From Giesbergeria sp. (GTDB lineage Bacteria; Pseudomonadota; Gammaproteobacteria; Burkholderiales; Burkholderiaceae_C), in NCBI GenBank assembly GCA_030690515.1, contig JAUYGP010000569.1:1-54045 (forward strand): a stretch of 54,045 nt of DNA. The letters are read 5' to 3'. Every line of letters starts with the position of its first letter. Positions within the stretch are counted from its first letter, which is position 1. The position numbers and the translations under genes were made by a program. The notes under the pieces were generated by a model that ran no database searches, was not told where the DNA came from, and saw only the letters and a program-made list of their open reading frames with translations. Below, one piece after another: positions 18,546 through 27,528 of the stretch.

Positions 18546-19391
18546 ATGCAAATCCAGCTTCTGTCCGACCTCCACCTGGAGGCCCACCCCCAGTTCGCTC
18601 CCGAACCAATGCCGGGCGCCGATGTGCTGGTGCTGGCAGGCGACATAGGCTCCTACCAGGAGGGCTCTCTTCTTGAAGGCGCGCACTTTGGCCTGGAGCG
18701 TTTCTCGCCGCTGCCCCAGTGGGGTGGATGGCCGACCCCCGTGATCTTTGTGCCGGGCAACCATGAATACGATATGCAGGACTTCGACGCGGCCCACGCT
18801 CGCCTGCGCCGCACCTGCGACACGCTGGGCCTGCTGTGGCTGGAACGCGAGACCCTGGTGATGGAGGGGGTGCGCTTCGTGGGCACCACCTTGTGGAGCA
18901 ACTTCGATTCCATCGCCGACCACAAGGGCTGCAGTGACCTGGCAGAGCGTTTACGGATGCGCCAGAAAGCCTACCGTGCGGCTGACTTCTACCTCTCCAA
19001 GACCGGCTGTACGCGCGCCGGCGTGCCCTGGCTGGCGGAAACCGTGCGCGCCCAGGCACTGGAATGTCACGAATGGCTGTCGACGGCGCTGGCACGCGCG
19101 TTCGAAGGACCTACCGTGGCGGTCACCCACTTTGCCCCCAGCCTGCGCAGCGCCGACCCACGCTATGGCATGGCGGCTGGCACGGCAGGGTTTTGCAATG
19201 CCTATGACAACCTTTTGCCGCTTGCCCGTCTGTGGCTGCACGGCCATTTGCATGCGCCCAGCGACTACACCGCCCAAGGCCTGCGGGACGACGGCACGCC
19301 ATGGCAGTGCCGCGTGGTGGCCAACCCCCTGGGTTATGCGCGCAAGAACGAACAAGCATCCTTCCAGCCGCAGTGCTGCCTGGTCGTATGA
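18546..19391 (+). CDS. calcineurin-like metallophosphoesterase
   Basis: SDLH, AGD, GNHE, THF, HGHLH motifs. Confidence 0.9.
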   Translation: MQIQLLSDLHLEAHPQFAPEPMPGADVLVLAGDIGSYQEGSLLEGAHFGLERFSPLPQWGGWPTPVIFVPGNHEYDMQDFDAAHARLRRTCDTLGLLWLERETLVMEGVRFVGTTLWSNFDSIADHKGCSDLAERLRMRQKAYRAADFYLSKTGCTRAGVPWLAETVRAQALECHEWLSTALARAFEGPTVAVTHFAPSLRSADPRYGMAAGTAGFCNAYDNLLPLARLWLHGHLHAPSDYTAQGLRDDGTPWQCRVVANPLGYARKNEQASFQPQCCLVV

Positions 19392-19451
19392 TGAACGAGG
19401 GTCTGGCGGGTTTCCCAGGCCTCCTGTCCCACGTACTTCCCGGAGAATCGC

Positions 19452-19874
19452 ATGAATATTTTGCTGGCTGTCGATGGCAGCGCTTACACGAAGAAAATGC
19501 TGGCTTACTTGGCCACCCATGATGAATTTCTGGGCCCGACCCACAGCTACAGCGTGATAACGGTGCAGGCGGCGCTACCGCCCCGGGCCCGTGCAGCGGT
19601 GGGCAAAGAAGTGGTGGACCAGTACTACGCCGACGAAGGCGACAAGGTAATGAACCCTGTCTGCAAGTTTCTGGAGCGCCACGGCGTATCGCCCAAGCGC
19701 ATCCTCAAGGTCGGATCCGTTGGAGAGACCATTGGCAAGGTGGCCGACACGGGCAAGTTCGACCTGCTGGTGATGGGCTCCCACGGCCACGGCGCATTGG
19801 CCACGCTCGTCATGGGCTCGGTGACCACGCAAGTACTGGCCAATTGCAAGGTACCCGTGTTGATCGTGCGCTGA
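19452..19874 (+). CDS. universal stress protein (UspA family)
   Basis: ILLAVDGS; DLLVMGSHG....VMGSVT..V....PVLIV. Confidence 0.93.
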   Translation: MNILLAVDGSAYTKKMLAYLATHDEFLGPTHSYSVITVQAALPPRARAAVGKEVVDQYYADEGDKVMNPVCKFLERHGVSPKRILKVGSVGETIGKVADTGKFDLLVMGSHGHGALATLVMGSVTTQVLANCKVPVLIVR

Positions 19875-19898
19875 GCGCAAACCGGCTCTCCTTCCAGC

Positions 19899-19923
19899 AC
19901 CCTGCCTAGCGCAGGGTTTTTTT
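19899..19923 (+). terminator. rho-independent terminator
   Basis: ACCCTGC-ctagc-GCAGGGT followed by a T-run. Confidence 0.75.
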
Positions 19924-19952
19924 GGGCCGAAAATTAACCACTGGTATTGGAA

Positions 19953-19988
19953 ATAACCGCACGGTATACATGGAGACCGTTTGGTTAT
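19953..19988. promoter_or_regulatory. inverted-repeat operator candidate upstream of the fasciclin genes
   Basis: ATAACCGCACGGT-N10-ACCGTTTGGTTAT (11/13 paired); each arm is itself ACC-N4-GGT. Confidence 0.5.
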
Positions 19989-20047
19989 ACATTTCGCCAA
20001 CGCCCATTTTGGCGTTGCATTTCCATCTCAACCCAGAGGTACGACCC

Positions 20048-20503
20048 ATGAAAAAGACTTTGATTGCATTGGCACTGACCGTAGGCGCCACCTTCACCGC
20101 CATGGCGCAAGACATCGTTGACACCGCTGTGAAAGCAGGCAACTTCAAAACCCTGGTGGCCGCGGTACAGGCTGCTGGTTTGGTGGATACGCTCAAAGGA
20201 CCAGGTCCGTTCACCGTGTTCGCCCCCACCGATGAAGCATTCGCAAAAATCCCCAAGACCACGCTCGATGGTTTGCTGGCTGACAAGGCAGCACTGACCA
20301 AGGTGCTGACGTACCACGTTGTGCCCGGCAAGGTCATGGCCAAGGATGTTAAGGCGGGCAAGGTCAAGACCGTGCAGGGACAAGAGCTGACGATCTCCAC
20401 CAACATGGGCGTGATGGTGGACCAGTCCAAGGTGATCGCAACCGACGTTACCGCGAGCAACGGTGTGATCCATGCGATAGACACCGTGCTGATGCCAAAG
20501 TGA
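20048..20503 (+). CDS. secreted fasciclin (FAS1) domain protein
   Basis: Signal peptide; [29 protein letters not shown]. Confidence 0.94.
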   Translation: MKKTLIALALTVGATFTAMAQDIVDTAVKAGNFKTLVAAVQAAGLVDTLKGPGPFTVFAPTDEAFAKIPKTTLDGLLADKAALTKVLTYHVVPGKVMAKDVKAGKVKTVQGQELTISTNMGVMVDQSKVIATDVTASNGVIHAIDTVLMPK

Positions 20504-20561
20504 GCTTGGCCGCGTAGCGCTCTGTAAATGCCCCTTCAGCACTACTCAAGGAGACACCGCC

Positions 20562-21500
20562 ATGAACACTGTGTTCAACCGCCGCACCGTCCTGATGGCT
20601 GCCGCTGTGGGCGCCAGCACCACCTTGCTGCAGGCCTGCGGAGGCGGCGACGATGAGCCGCATCGCAATATCATCGAGGTGGCGCAAAACACGCCGGACC
20701 TCAGCATCCTTGTCGAAGCCGTCGTGGCCGCCGGTCTGGCGCCCACACTGAGCGCAGGCACGCTCACGGTGTTCGCGCCCACCAATGCGGCCTTCGCCGC
20801 GCTGTTGACCGAACTGGGCGTGTCCAAGCAAGCCCTGCTGGCCAACAAGCCCTTATTGACCGCCGTGCTCACTTACCACGTGTTGAGCAGCACCGTGTCA
20901 CTGGCCAGCGTCACTGTGGGAAAGGCCATCACTCCGGTGGGCGGCGGATTCTTCAAGATCGAGTCAGCGGGGGGTCTCAAGATCACCGACGGGCGCAACC
21001 GTGTCAGCAACATCACGGCCACCGACATCCAGGCCAGCAACGGCGTGGTGCACCTGGTGGACCGGGTGCTGCTGCCTGCCAACCAGGACATCGTGGCGAC
21101 AGCGCAGGCCTTGCCCGATTTCAGCATCCTGGTCGAAGCGGTCGTGGCGGCGGGCCTGGTGGAAACCTTGCAGGGCACGGGGCCGTTCACGGTGTTTGCA
21201 CCCACCAATACGGCCTTTGCCGCATTGCTTGCCGAACTGGGGGTGAGCAAGGCGGCCCTGCTGGCCGACAAGGCGTTGCTGACGAAGGTGCTGACCTACC
21301 ATGTTGTAGGGGCCCGAGTGCTCAAGGCCGAGGTTCCGGTGGGCGCAGCCATCGCCACGGTACAGGGCCAGACTTTTATGGTCGATACCAGCTTGAAGAT
21401 TACGGATCAAAAGCAACGCACCACAAGCATCGTTGCCACCGATGTGTTCACGAGCAACGGGGTGATCCACGTGGTGGACCGGGTCTTGCTGCCTGCCTGA
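20562..21500 (+). CDS. two-domain fasciclin Tat-type lipoprotein
   Basis: NRRTVL twin-Arg and LQAC lipobox; two FAS1 repeats (TVFAPTN ... NGV.H.VDRVLLPA). Confidence 0.92.
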   Translation: MNTVFNRRTVLMAAAVGASTTLLQACGGGDDEPHRNIIEVAQNTPDLSILVEAVVAAGLAPTLSAGTLTVFAPTNAAFAALLTELGVSKQALLANKPLLTAVLTYHVLSSTVSLASVTVGKAITPVGGGFFKIESAGGLKITDGRNRVSNITATDIQASNGVVHLVDRVLLPANQDIVATAQALPDFSILVEAVVAAGLVETLQGTGPFTVFAPTNTAFAALLAELGVSKAALLADKALLTKVLTYHVVGARVLKAEVPVGAAIATVQGQTFMVDTSLKITDQKQRTTSIVATDVFTSNGVIHVVDRVLLPA

Positions 21501-21522
21501 GAGCAACCCGCCCGGGGTCCGT

Positions 21523-21552
21523 AAAAACGCCCGCATCTGCGGGCGTTTTTTT
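21523..21552. terminator. bidirectional terminator
   Basis: AAAAACGCCCGCA-tc-TGCGGGCGTTTTT between convergent genes. Confidence 0.85.
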
Positions 21553-22165
21553 ATCGGGCGCTCAACCCGTCAAAACAGGTGCGCAGCACCAGTTCAATGA
21601 TCTCGTCGTCCGGGTACAGCTCACTTTCCTTGAGAAAACCCACGACCGGATCGCAGGCGCGCGCGTACAAGGTGTACAGCACCACCAGCGGCGGCAAGCT
21701 GGGCTCGATAACGCCCTCGGCCTGCGCCTGCACGATCCATTCACCCAGGCTGTCGCTGAGCAAAATCACACCGTCCGCATAATCTTTGTTGGACATGAGC
21801 ACGCCGCGCAACGTGGAGTTACGGCTGGGCAGCAGGGGCATTTCATGGGCCAGCAGGCGCTCGAGCGACCAGCGCACCACCGCGCGCAGTTTGTCCACGG
21901 CGGGCAGGTCGGGGTCAAGGGTGGCTAAAAAGGCACGCACCAGGTGCAGCACCTCCACCATCGCGGCGCAGCACAGGTCTTCCTTGCTGCCGAAATGCTT
22001 GTACAGGCTGGCCTTGGCAATACCCACGCCATTGGCCACGTCGTCCATGGTCATGGCATCAAACGACTTTGCACCCAGCAGGTCGCAAGCGGCCTGCAAA
22101 ATGGCGCGCTCACGCGCCTGGTGCATTTGCTCCTTGAAGGAAATTTTGATGGGCTGGGTCGACAT
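21551..22165 (-). CDS. TetR family transcriptional regulator
   Basis: TMDDVANGVGIAKASLYKHFGSKEDL HTH; start at MSTQP after GGAGG. Confidence 0.92.
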   Translation of the reverse strand: MSTQPIKISFKEQMHQARERAILQAACDLLGAKSFDAMTMDDVANGVGIAKASLYKHFGSKEDLCCAAMVEVLHLVRAFLATLDPDLPAVDKLRAVVRWSLERLLAHEMPLLPSRNSTLRGVLMSNKDYADGVILLSDSLGEWIVQAQAEGVIEPSLPPLVVLYTLYARACDPVVGFLKESELYPDDEIIELVLRTCFDGLSAR

Positions 22166-22245
22166 ACCCTCCATCTTATGCATTACGGTTTAAAAATATA
22201 TGACTCAGTTGTTTCGTAACCACGGCGTTTAGGGCGTGTTTACCC

Positions 22246-23160
22246 TCACGAGGCAACCAGCGATTGCGCGGCCGTTTCCGTCAGGGCCAGGGTCAGAGCG
22301 TCGAGCACCTCGGATTCGAGGTTCCAGCAATGCCAGTACAACTGGATGTGGAGCACCTGGCCTGGGGCCATGTCCACCAGGCTGCCATCGGCCAGTTTGT
22401 CGCGCACCAGCAATTCTGGCAGCACACCCACGGCCCACCCGGCTGCAACGGCGTGCATCTGGCCTTCGGAACTGGGGACAAACAGGTGGTTGAGCGCCAC
22501 CCGCTTGAGACCAAAGGCCCGGGACACGAACTCGACCGCCATGTCGTCCTTGCGGTTGAACGAGAGGTACGGCACCGTGCGGAAGTTGTGCGCCGTGAGG
22601 CCACTGGTCAGGTGCTTTTGCACAAACGCAGGCGAGGCCACGGCCACATAGCGCATGGCGCCCAGCGGCACCATCTTGCAGCCGCGCAGCGCCTGCTTGA
22701 GCGTGGTGACGCAACCTAACACCTGGCCAGAGCGCAGCCATTCCTGGGTGAAGTCCTGGTCGTCCACGATGATTTCCAGCGGCAGGCGCTGGTGCACCAG
22801 GTCTTGCAGCGCGCCCAGCGCCCAGGTGGCAATACTGTCCGCATTGATGGCGATGGAGATGCGCTCGTCCTCCCGCCCACCCCCCGGTGCGCTGGGTGCC
22901 AGTTCCTGCAGGTCGCGCTCCAGGTCGGCGCGCAGCAGGCGCATCTGCTTGGTGTGCTTGAGCAACAACTGCCCCGCCGTCGTGGGCCGCAGCGGCCTGC
23001 TGCGCACGATCAGCACCGAGCCCACTTGTGCCTCCAGCGCTCGTAGCCGCTGCGAGACAGCGGACTGCGTGACGTTCAGGCGCTGGGCGGCACGCTCGAA
23101 GCCCCCTTCCTCGATGATGGCGGCAAGACATTCCAGGGCGGCAGGGTCGTAAGAGCTCAT
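22246..23160 (-). CDS. argP: LysR-family regulator, ArgP/IciA subfamily
   Basis: FERAAQRLNVTQSAVSQRLRALE; IAINADSIATW; LYWHCW. Confidence 0.88.
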   Translation of the reverse strand: MSSYDPAALECLAAIIEEGGFERAAQRLNVTQSAVSQRLRALEAQVGSVLIVRSRPLRPTTAGQLLLKHTKQMRLLRADLERDLQELAPSAPGGGREDERISIAINADSIATWALGALQDLVHQRLPLEIIVDDQDFTQEWLRSGQVLGCVTTLKQALRGCKMVPLGAMRYVAVASPAFVQKHLTSGLTAHNFRTVPYLSFNRKDDMAVEFVSRAFGLKRVALNHLFVPSSEGQMHAVAAGWAVGVLPELLVRDKLADGSLVDMAPGQVLHIQLYWHCWNLESEVLDALTLALTETAAQSLVAS

Positions 23161-23203
23161 GGTGTTCAGAGGCGTTTGAAGGAATGGGACGCAGCACATA
23201 ATT

Positions 23204-23250
23204 ATTAGCCACGCTGATGCTTTCAGATGGAGTTTAATTTTGCTTTTAAT
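23204..23250. promoter_or_regulatory. LysR (ArgP) T-N11-A binding region in divergent promoter
   Basis: ATTAG-ccacg-CTGAT dyad plus an adjacent AT-rich TTTAATTTTGCTTTTAAT site. Confidence 0.55.
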
Positions 23251-23279
23251 TGAATGCAATCTCGCGTGCACTGCCCGCC

Positions 23280-23673
23280 ATGAAAACCATCGTTCTCGGC
23301 GTTAGCGCGGCGTGCAGTTCCTCTACGGCCAGGGTATGTTGCGCCTGGAACGCGACGAAAATGCTATTGATATAATAGCTACTAGCGCCCACCCATAAAG
23401 CTCTAGAGGCAAAAAATACCGAATATTTGAAGGTGTATCGCTATCGTTGTAGCTTGCGGCGCTGTGGACTGGCCGATCGACCCTGGCAAGGGCTACCGCG
23501 CTACGGTGCTGCTCTTGCACGCCGAGGTCACCCCCGTCTCGGCGCGCAGTGGTGGGCGCAAATCGCCAACAACCGCCGGGGCGACATGTTGCGCATCGCT
23601 GGCACCCTCCAGCAGGGCTGGCTGGATCGGCCAGCGGTTGGGCACCACCGCAGCCTGCCCAGGCTGCGGATAG
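23280..23673 (+). pseudogene. dadA: heavily deleted D-amino acid dehydrogenase pseudogene
   Basis: Ordered fragments MKTIVLG / RGVQFLYG / AIVVACG / VDWPIDPGKGYRAT / RRGDMLRIAGT match the DadA pattern; stops, frameshifts and large deletions. Confidence 0.75.
23361..23420 (+). repeat. ~60 bp double-palindrome element inside the dadA remnant
   Basis: GCTA-N9-TAGC-N4-GCGC-N10-AGCTCTAGAGGC; 37/60 ungapped identity (manual count) to the copy at 47601-47660. Confidence 0.75.
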
Positions 23674-23679
23674 CCGTTC

Positions 23680-24882
23680 TTATTGCTTGCGCTGCACGAT
23701 CAGATTGCGCTTGGCGTCTTCCGGGTAGGCAAACGTGATGGCCCCACCCTGCACCTTGCCCATCACCAGCATGTTCTCAGTGATGGCGTCCTTGTCGTCC
23801 CGGCTGAAGGGTTTCTCGTAGGTGGCGACGACACCGTAGTACACACGCGGAATGTTCTCCAGCGCGGTCTTGATCGAAGGGCCGTCGATCTTGCCGTTGC
23901 GGATGCCGAACAGGGAATGGATCAGCAGGTAGGTGGTGTCATAGCCCTGTGCCGCCGCCATGGGCACGGCCATGCGCTTGCCGTTCTTGCGCGTGAAGGC
24001 GCTCAAAAAGGCTGCGCGCCGCTCGTTGCTGGGCTCGGCAATGAAGGTCTGCGCCATCAGCGCACCATCGGCCGCGTCCTTGCCCCCCTCGATAAAGAAC
24101 GGGAAGGACAGCGGCCAGGCGCCCACCTGGGGCACCTTCCAGCCCAGTTCCTTGCGGCCATTGGCAATGACGGCGTTTTCCTGGCCCACGGTGTAGCTGA
24201 AGATCACGTTGGCGCCCGCGTCGCGCGCGGCCTTGAGCTCTTCGCGCAGGTCGGCCACACCCAGGGGGAAACGTGTGATGTGCACCGCCTTGAGCTTGCG
24301 CGCCAGCAAGGCGGCCTCCACGTCCTTGAGCCCGGCCTCACCATAGCCGGTGGTGTCGGCAAAAATAGCGACCTTGGTCCAGCCGCGCTTGACGATATCG
24401 TCCACGACGAAGGGGGCCTGAATGCTGTCGCGCGCCGAGGTGCGGAAAATGTAGCTCTCGGGCGCAGGGAACCTGGCTGTGAGCGGCGTGCCGGTGGCGC
24501 AGGGCACGATGAGCGGGATCTTGGCGTTCTGGAACACATCGAGGGACTTTTGCGCCACTCCGGTGTTGCAAAAACCGATGGTGGCCACCACGCCCTGCGC
24601 AGCCAGATCTTGCGAGGCGGATAAACCCGTCTGCGGATCGCCCCGATCGTCTTTGATGACCAATTGCAGGGGCCGCCCCAAGTATCCGCCCACGGCATTG
24701 ATCTCGTCGGCCGCCAATTCAATGCCTTGCAGCATGGGCTTGCCAAAATCGGAGGATGGGCCAGTGAACGGGCCAATCACCCCCACCCGCACGGCATTGC
24801 CTTGCTGGGCCTGTGCCAATGGCGTCGCCGCCAACATGACCGCCCCCAGTGCCGCGATCATCCAAGTTCCTGTCCGCTTCAT
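23680..24882 (-). CDS. orphan ABC substrate-binding protein (LivJ/branched-chain type)
   Basis: Signal peptide; VGVIGPFTG; IN..GG.LGR...L...DD; AAQGYD. Confidence 0.9.
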   Translation of the reverse strand: MKRTGTWMIAALGAVMLAATPLAQAQQGNAVRVGVIGPFTGPSSDFGKPMLQGIELAADEINAVGGYLGRPLQLVIKDDRGDPQTGLSASQDLAAQGVVATIGFCNTGVAQKSLDVFQNAKIPLIVPCATGTPLTARFPAPESYIFRTSARDSIQAPFVVDDIVKRGWTKVAIFADTTGYGEAGLKDVEAALLARKLKAVHITRFPLGVADLREELKAARDAGANVIFSYTVGQENAVIANGRKELGWKVPQVGAWPLSFPFFIEGGKDAADGALMAQTFIAEPSNERRAAFLSAFTRKNGKRMAVPMAAAQGYDTTYLLIHSLFGIRNGKIDGPSIKTALENIPRVYYGVVATYEKPFSRDDKDAITENMLVMGKVQGGAITFAYPEDAKRNLIVQRKQ

Positions 24883-24992
24883 TGCTGTCGCCCTCCTTGC
24901 ATTGCGGGCCAGCTTAGCCGTCGCAGCATCCACGGCGCAGCGCGTTTTCCCTGACCTGCGGGCGTGGCGTCAGACGAATGTCAGAGGCGCTC

Positions 24993-25670
24993 TCAGGACG
25001 GGTAGCTGCCAAGGTAGCGCGCTGGAATTTCGACGGCAATCACCGCACCGGCCAGCCAGGCCACCAGAACGCCCGCCATGGCCATGCCGATGGCAAGCAT
25101 CGCGCCCAAGGCCACGGTCCGGTGGCGCGTCGGAACGTTCCAGTAGGCAGCGCAGCCGACATGTGCCCAGAAAGCCAGAACGGCCAAAAAGTAGTACGGG
25201 GCAAAAAACCACTGCCAGGGCGGCACATGCAGACCGGCGGCGGCGAAATGGAAGTTGGTGTCCAGGCCCTGGGCCCGGCCCCAGAGCACGGCCCCGACAT
25301 GCACCAGCAGGAAGAGCGCCAGGTAGCCTCCCGACCAGGCCTGCAGCCAGGCCACCCGCCCGACGCGCTGACCCCGCCCTCGCCACAGCAACACCAGGCC
25401 GCTGCTGCCCTGAAACAGCGCGCAACCCAGCAGCAAGCCTTCCAGCACCGGTTGCCGGTACACCGTGCGCAAGACGTCGAGCACCGCCTGGTGCATGGCG
25501 AGCCCGAAGATACCCGCCACATGACCGGCCAGATGTACCAGGACAAAGGCCCCCACTACCATGGCGCTGCTGCGGTGCAATGCGCGCAGCGGCCGGTACC
25601 GGTGGCCGCCCCACAGACTGGCCACACTGGCAATACCGGCCCCCAACGCCCATAGGCTGACGTTCTGCAT
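24993..25670 (-). CDS. hypothetical multi-pass membrane protein with several His in TM helices
   Basis: About 6 hydrophobic segments; LHR.SA....F...HL..H, FLLVHV, AHVGCA; GGAG RBS. Confidence 0.75.
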   Translation of the reverse strand: MQNVSLWALGAGIASVASLWGGHRYRPLRALHRSSAMVVGAFVLVHLAGHVAGIFGLAMHQAVLDVLRTVYRQPVLEGLLLGCALFQGSSGLVLLWRGRGQRVGRVAWLQAWSGGYLALFLLVHVGAVLWGRAQGLDTNFHFAAAGLHVPPWQWFFAPYYFLAVLAFWAHVGCAAYWNVPTRHRTVALGAMLAIGMAMAGVLVAWLAGAVIAVEIPARYLGSYPS

Positions 25671-25747
25671 GTATTCTCCTGTTCATTGACGGGCCAGCAT
25701 AGTCAGCCGCTCGTACGCTGCCTACTCGCCTTTTGCTCAGGTTTTGC

Positions 25748-26404
25748 ATGCCTTCCACCGCATCTTCCCCACGCCGCCGCCCCCGGCAGGAGCGTTCCCA
25801 GTTCACTGTCGATGCCATCTTCCAGGCGGTCGCGCAGATTGTTGCCGGGCATGGCGAGCACGGGCTGACCACCAACCGCATCGCCGAGGTGGCTGGTGTG
25901 TCTGTCGGTTCGCTGTACCAGTATTTCCCCAGCAAGGACGCCATCCTGCAGGCAATGCTCGACCAGCACTGCGAGCGCGTGATGCTGGAGCTTGATGCCC
26001 TGCTGGCGCAGGCCTGTGCACAAGACTGGCCGCCCGAGGAGCAGGTGCGCCGCTACGTGCGGCACTACCTCGCCTCTTTTGGGGCAGGCCCAGAGAACGA
26101 ACGCGCCCTGGCGCGCCTGTCATGGCAGCTCGACTACCGTGCCTCGATGCTGGTGGCCGTGCGTGGCGCCAGTGAACGCCTGGCGCTGCACCTGCAGCGC
26201 CTGGCTCCTGCGCAGGGGCAGCCACCACCCACGCCAGCACAGCTGTTCGTTCTCACCCGCGCGTTCATGGGCACCGTGCGTGCTGCGTCGCTGGAACGCT
26301 CGCCGCTGCTCGACAGCCCGGAACTGGAAGAGGCCCTGGTCCAGCTGTGCCAGGCTGTGCTGAACAATCCCCGGGTCACGCCCGAGGGCGATACCGCAAT
26401 ATAG
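25748..26404 (+). CDS. TetR family transcriptional regulator
   Basis: RRPRQERS..TV.AI; TTNRIAEVAGVSVGSLYQYFPSKDAI. Confidence 0.92.
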   Translation: MPSTASSPRRRPRQERSQFTVDAIFQAVAQIVAGHGEHGLTTNRIAEVAGVSVGSLYQYFPSKDAILQAMLDQHCERVMLELDALLAQACAQDWPPEEQVRRYVRHYLASFGAGPENERALARLSWQLDYRASMLVAVRGASERLALHLQRLAPAQGQPPPTPAQLFVLTRAFMGTVRAASLERSPLLDSPELEEALVQLCQAVLNNPRVTPEGDTAI

Positions 26405-26461
26405 CTATCGTTACAGTAGCAACAAGCGCTTTACCATCAAGCGCTACAGCTCTTTTTTTTC
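26402..26461 (+). repeat. ~60 bp double-palindrome element between convergent genes
   Basis: GCTA-N9-TAGC-N4-GCGC-N10-AGCGCTACAGC; overlaps both stop codons. Confidence 0.75.
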
Positions 26462-27385
26462 AGTTTTTCCGGCCTGCTCGATCGTTCCATCTGGCAAAAG
26501 CCGGGCCTCCATCCAGCGCAACAGATCGCGCCACATGGAACGTATCTCCGCATCGCGCGGCATGCGCAGCGCATGGTCCAGCTCGATGGTGACGACCGGC
26601 ATACCCTGCTGCACGCCGCCGTAGTGGCCCAGGGAGCCGGGAAAAACACCCACCTGGTCCAGGCGCAAATGCCCCAGGCGCAAGGGCGGTTCATGCGGGC
26701 CGTCAAAGTCGAGCACGCCGTAAGGGGCATGGATGCTGACCACCAGTTGCGGGCGAAACTGCGCCATCTGCTCGTGCAGGAAGCGGGACTCCGGTTCGGA
26801 CAGCGGCGTGGGGCCTGGCCAGCGCCGGGGGTCCTTGCGGGTGCGCTTCTCCCAATAGTAGGGGGCATCGCGCTCCCAGCCAGGGGTGTTGAAGTTGCGG
26901 TTCAAGTCCACGCCCCGCGCATTCACCCGGGTGGGGCGGCGCGCCAGCAGACCGTCGGGGTTGAGCACCGGGATAAAGCGCCAATGCACGGGTTGGCGGG
27001 CCTTCTCGGCCAGGCCAATCCAATGCAACGCCAGCGAGGCCGAGGTGAGTTCATCACCATGCATAGCCCCCACGACCAGTACGCGCAACGGTGCACCCGG
27101 CGGTGCAGACACCGAAGGCGCGGGCAGCACGTCGCGCCAGAAGAGAGGGCGCCCCTGCCGCGATACGCTGCCGCTGGGCACGAGTTGTGCGTCCTGGCAC
27201 AAGGGTCGCCCCACACCGGGCAAGCGCGCCAGAAACAGGTCGCAGGCACCTGGCTGGGGGGCGTTGTGCGCAGACAGGCGTGGCGCTTCAGCAGCGCTCA
27301 CGCTAGAGAGTGTCGCCAGCCCGGCGGCAACGCTGAGCAGCGCTGCTGCCCACACCCGCACCGGGGCCTTCAAGCCGCCACCCAT
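26444..27385 (-). CDS. mpaA: murein peptide amidase A-like M14 zinc carboxypeptidase
   Basis: HGDE, NPDG, NARGVDLNRN, SEPES, SIH, TIEL. Confidence 0.85.
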   Translation of the reverse strand: MGGGLKAPVRVWAAALLSVAAGLATLSSVSAAEAPRLSAHNAPQPGACDLFLARLPGVGRPLCQDAQLVPSGSVSRQGRPLFWRDVLPAPSVSAPPGAPLRVLVVGAMHGDELTSASLALHWIGLAEKARQPVHWRFIPVLNPDGLLARRPTRVNARGVDLNRNFNTPGWERDAPYYWEKRTRKDPRRWPGPTPLSEPESRFLHEQMAQFRPQLVVSIHAPYGVLDFDGPHEPPLRLGHLRLDQVGVFPGSLGHYGGVQQGMPVVTIELDHALRMPRDAEIRSMWRDLLRWMEARLLPDGTIEQAGKTEKKEL

Positions 27386-27528
27386 AGGGAGAAAAACGAT
27401 ACAAGGCGGTTCAGGGTAAAAATTGGGGGTAGGGGCATGTCAACAGTCGCGGAGGCAGCGCACATCTCCCTGCGGCAGCAGAAATTGGGCACCGGGGCGA
27501 TAATAGCCCGCCCGATTCTTTCGTTCAC

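Noticed and set aside
20508-20550. GTAGCGC...CTAC between the fasciclin genes as an element copy
   Set aside because: The second GCGC and the GCTA-N9-TAGC dyad are absent.
23280-23680. Expected lysE/argO exporter divergent from argP
   Set aside because: No hydrophobic ORF; the fragments match DadA instead.
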